A DNA stretch of 64,000 bases, taken from positions 6,264,162 through 6,328,161 of the forward strand of contig JBNZDD010013689.1 in the NCBI GenBank assembly GCA_050575255.1. The letters are read 5' to 3'. A program made the position numbers and the translations under genes. The notes under the pieces were generated by a model. That model worked only from the letters and a program-made list of their open reading frames with translations. It was not told the DNA's origin and made no database searches. This DNA is from Harriotta raleighana. Taxonomy: Eukaryota. Position 1 is the stretch's first letter. Each line of letters starts with the position of its first letter. Shown in pieces: positions 62,073-64,000 of the stretch.

Positions 62073-62669
62073 CTTCAAGAATAGTTCTCCGTATCTCGAC
62101 TACCTGATCTCTAGTCAGTGTTGACAGAGGAGATTCAAGACGTTGCTCAAGAGTTCCGACATTCCGCAGATCATCCACCGTGAAGATGTAGTCAGGAGAC
62201 AATGAAATTAGTTGCAGCTCTTCATTGTCTGCGTCCCTGGATCCGATAGCGAAAGGTGCCACACCAGTCTGTTTCAATGCTAGTGCTGCCCGCCCAACAT
62301 CATCGGTGGACTTGCCAGCAGTGAGCAGGATCAGAAACTGGGGCACGCCTTCCTGGATTCTGCTGCCAGCATTAGTTATGAACACCCTCCTCGTGACATA
62401 GCCCAATGCTGCCCCAGTGTTTGCCTGCCTTCCTCCTTTAACTCTGAGTCTTCTTATTGCATCCATCACATCCTGTTTGTTTGAGTGGCTGTTTAACAGG
62501 AAATCAGGTCTGGGATCATCACTGTACTGCACTACACTGACTCTCACTTTGTCACTTCCAATGTCAAGTTTGTCGACCATTCTAGAAATAAAGCTTTGGA
62601 TTGAAGGGAAAGATGATCTAGCTTTCTCTGATCCATCAACCAGGAATACGATATCTCTCTTAGCAGCAC
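62073..62669 (-). CDS. COL6A3: VWA N4-like repeat exon A (597 nt, phase 1-1)
   Basis: Acceptor tgtgttccag|GTGCTGCT and donor GAAG|gtaagg. Encodes AAKRDIVFLVDGS...GVAPF...ISLSPDYIF. Confidence 0.93.
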
Positions 62670-63329
62670 CTGGAACACAAAGGGAAATGGATTCCCATTC
62701 ATACACTCCATCTGAAACCTGCAAGTAAAGTCCCTCATAATGTGAGCATTTGGTGGGTATTTGGTGGTCAGCCTGAAGTAATATTCTTCCCAAACAAATG
62801 CATGACATTCTTGAAGCATCAAACTACAGCATAAATTCTTATCATTAGTATGTTTATCAAACCCATGGGGATTGTAAGGTTCTCTTTCAGTTAATGAATC
62901 TGATATCATAACCCTTGTATTTCAGATATCAACCTTGCATGTTGCAGAAACTAGAACAACATAGGTGTGGCCTGAACACAGTACTATATGGTATAGTACC
63001 ATCTCATCCTTCCTGAACACGCACCCTACCATTACTCATTCACAGCATCCAGTTGGTGGCCTCAACCACTTAATATTTTGAAAAATTGGTCACTCACTCC
63101 ATGGCTGTTTGTGGAACTTTGCTGTGCAAACTGGCCCACAAAATACGCAGTCAATCCACTTTACTTGTGAAGTGCTTTGAGGAGGACATGTTAAGGCGCT
63201 ATATCAAATGCAAGTATATTATTATTATTATTATTATAATACCTGCCGAGGCATAATCAGTCTGTCTGACTTGATGAGTGTTCTCAGCGAGTTCTATTTT
63301 CTTCTTATTGCTCACATATGCACGGGGGA

Positions 63330-63680
63330 GGTGGCCATGAGCATGGTTGAAGAGGAAGGCTTGAAAAGGGGGAGGGGCAGGGGAGCGGCAGAGGGATTGA
63401 GGGAGAATGTTCTGGAGTTTGTGGCAGTCGTGGCTGAAAGCGGGACTCCAATTATGGGGTGGAGGTTGCGAGGGACGAGCAGGAGACCGGAGCCAGGCAA
63501 GCGAAGGCTCCAGGTGGTAGTTTGGGGAGTGAGGAAGTCGGAAAGGCAGGCAGGCAGGCAGTCAGTGAACGAGCAAGCACTGGCCTTTGAAGCCAAGTCA
63601 ATTGACATCATTTCAAAAATATTATCAGTTGACAACATTTTGAGAATAAAGTCAGCATGGAAGACTGAATGGGATTAGAT
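63330..63680 (-). mobile_element. Decayed L2 fragment
   Basis: Reverse L2 3' region. Confidence 0.55.
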
Positions 63681-64000
63681 GACTCCGGAGAAGGGGTTGG
63701 CTCTAGTATAGGCACAGATGGCTATCTTCTGTTCTGAAGTTAATAAATTCTAATGCCAGGTTTGTTTAGGACTAAATTAATTCAGTGAACAGATTTGAGT
63801 TAAGTGAACCTCTGAGAATTTCTTAATTCAAGCATTACAGGACACTGAGTTCATCATCTTGGCTGATGCTCCAGGGCAGTGGTAGGGAAATGTTCCATTG
63901 CCAAAGGCGCCAATCTTCAGATTAGATTTTTATCCAAGTTCCTGTCTGTTCTGATTGGTGGTAAATATCCCATGCCATTGTTTAAAAATAGAAGGTAGTC

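Larger units (their letters stand above)
10200..62669 (-). other. COL6A3: COL6A3 gene, partial (5' end lies beyond the window; 3' end inferred near 10200)
   Basis: 42 in-phase GT-AG exons give the order VWA array, triple helix, VWA, VWA, FN3, Kunitz, ending SPGMANTMGT*. Diagnostic alpha-3(VI) peptides include [32 protein letters not shown] and ENAFYL. Confidence 0.97.

Noticed and set aside
54480-62700. Idea that the VWA copies are separate genes or pseudo-exons
   Set aside because: No start or signal peptide, no stops, identical phase 1-1 splice sites, and collinear with the downstream COL6A3 exons.
1-64000. Prokaryotic-type systems (CRISPR arrays, operons)
   Set aside because: The sequence is intron-rich vertebrate DNA with no regularly spaced repeat-spacer array.

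Overview
Vertebrate genomic DNA. The repeat content (tRNA-headed and Deu-type SINEs, CR1 and L2 LINEs with (TTG)n/(TTA)n tails, Penelope-like elements) points to a cartilaginous fish, possibly a chimaera; that assignment is inference. The window holds the 3' portion of COL6A3 (collagen VI alpha-3) on the minus strand, and the 5' exons lie beyond position 64000. I traced 42 coding exons by GT-AG boundaries and continuous reading phase from 62669 to the stop at 11863. They encode five N4-like VWA domains (four nearly identical, 597 nt each), N3, N2, N1, a 336-residue triple helix, C1 and C2 VWA, a very short C3 region, FN3, two Kunitz domains and the terminal ...MGT* exon. Positions 1 to about 10200 are repeat-rich downstream sequence. 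Main observations: (1) a tandem N4-exon array with a mosaic, gene-conversion-like pattern; (2) a young 51-bp fold-back hairpin in one array intron; (3) a candidate alternative last exon that would drop the endotrophin-type Kunitz domain; (4) two Gly->Ser substitutions in the helix; (5) Penelope-derived minimal hammerhead ribozyme motifs. Comparisons with human COL6A3 come from my recall of that sequence, not from an alignment. Repeat boundaries are approximate.
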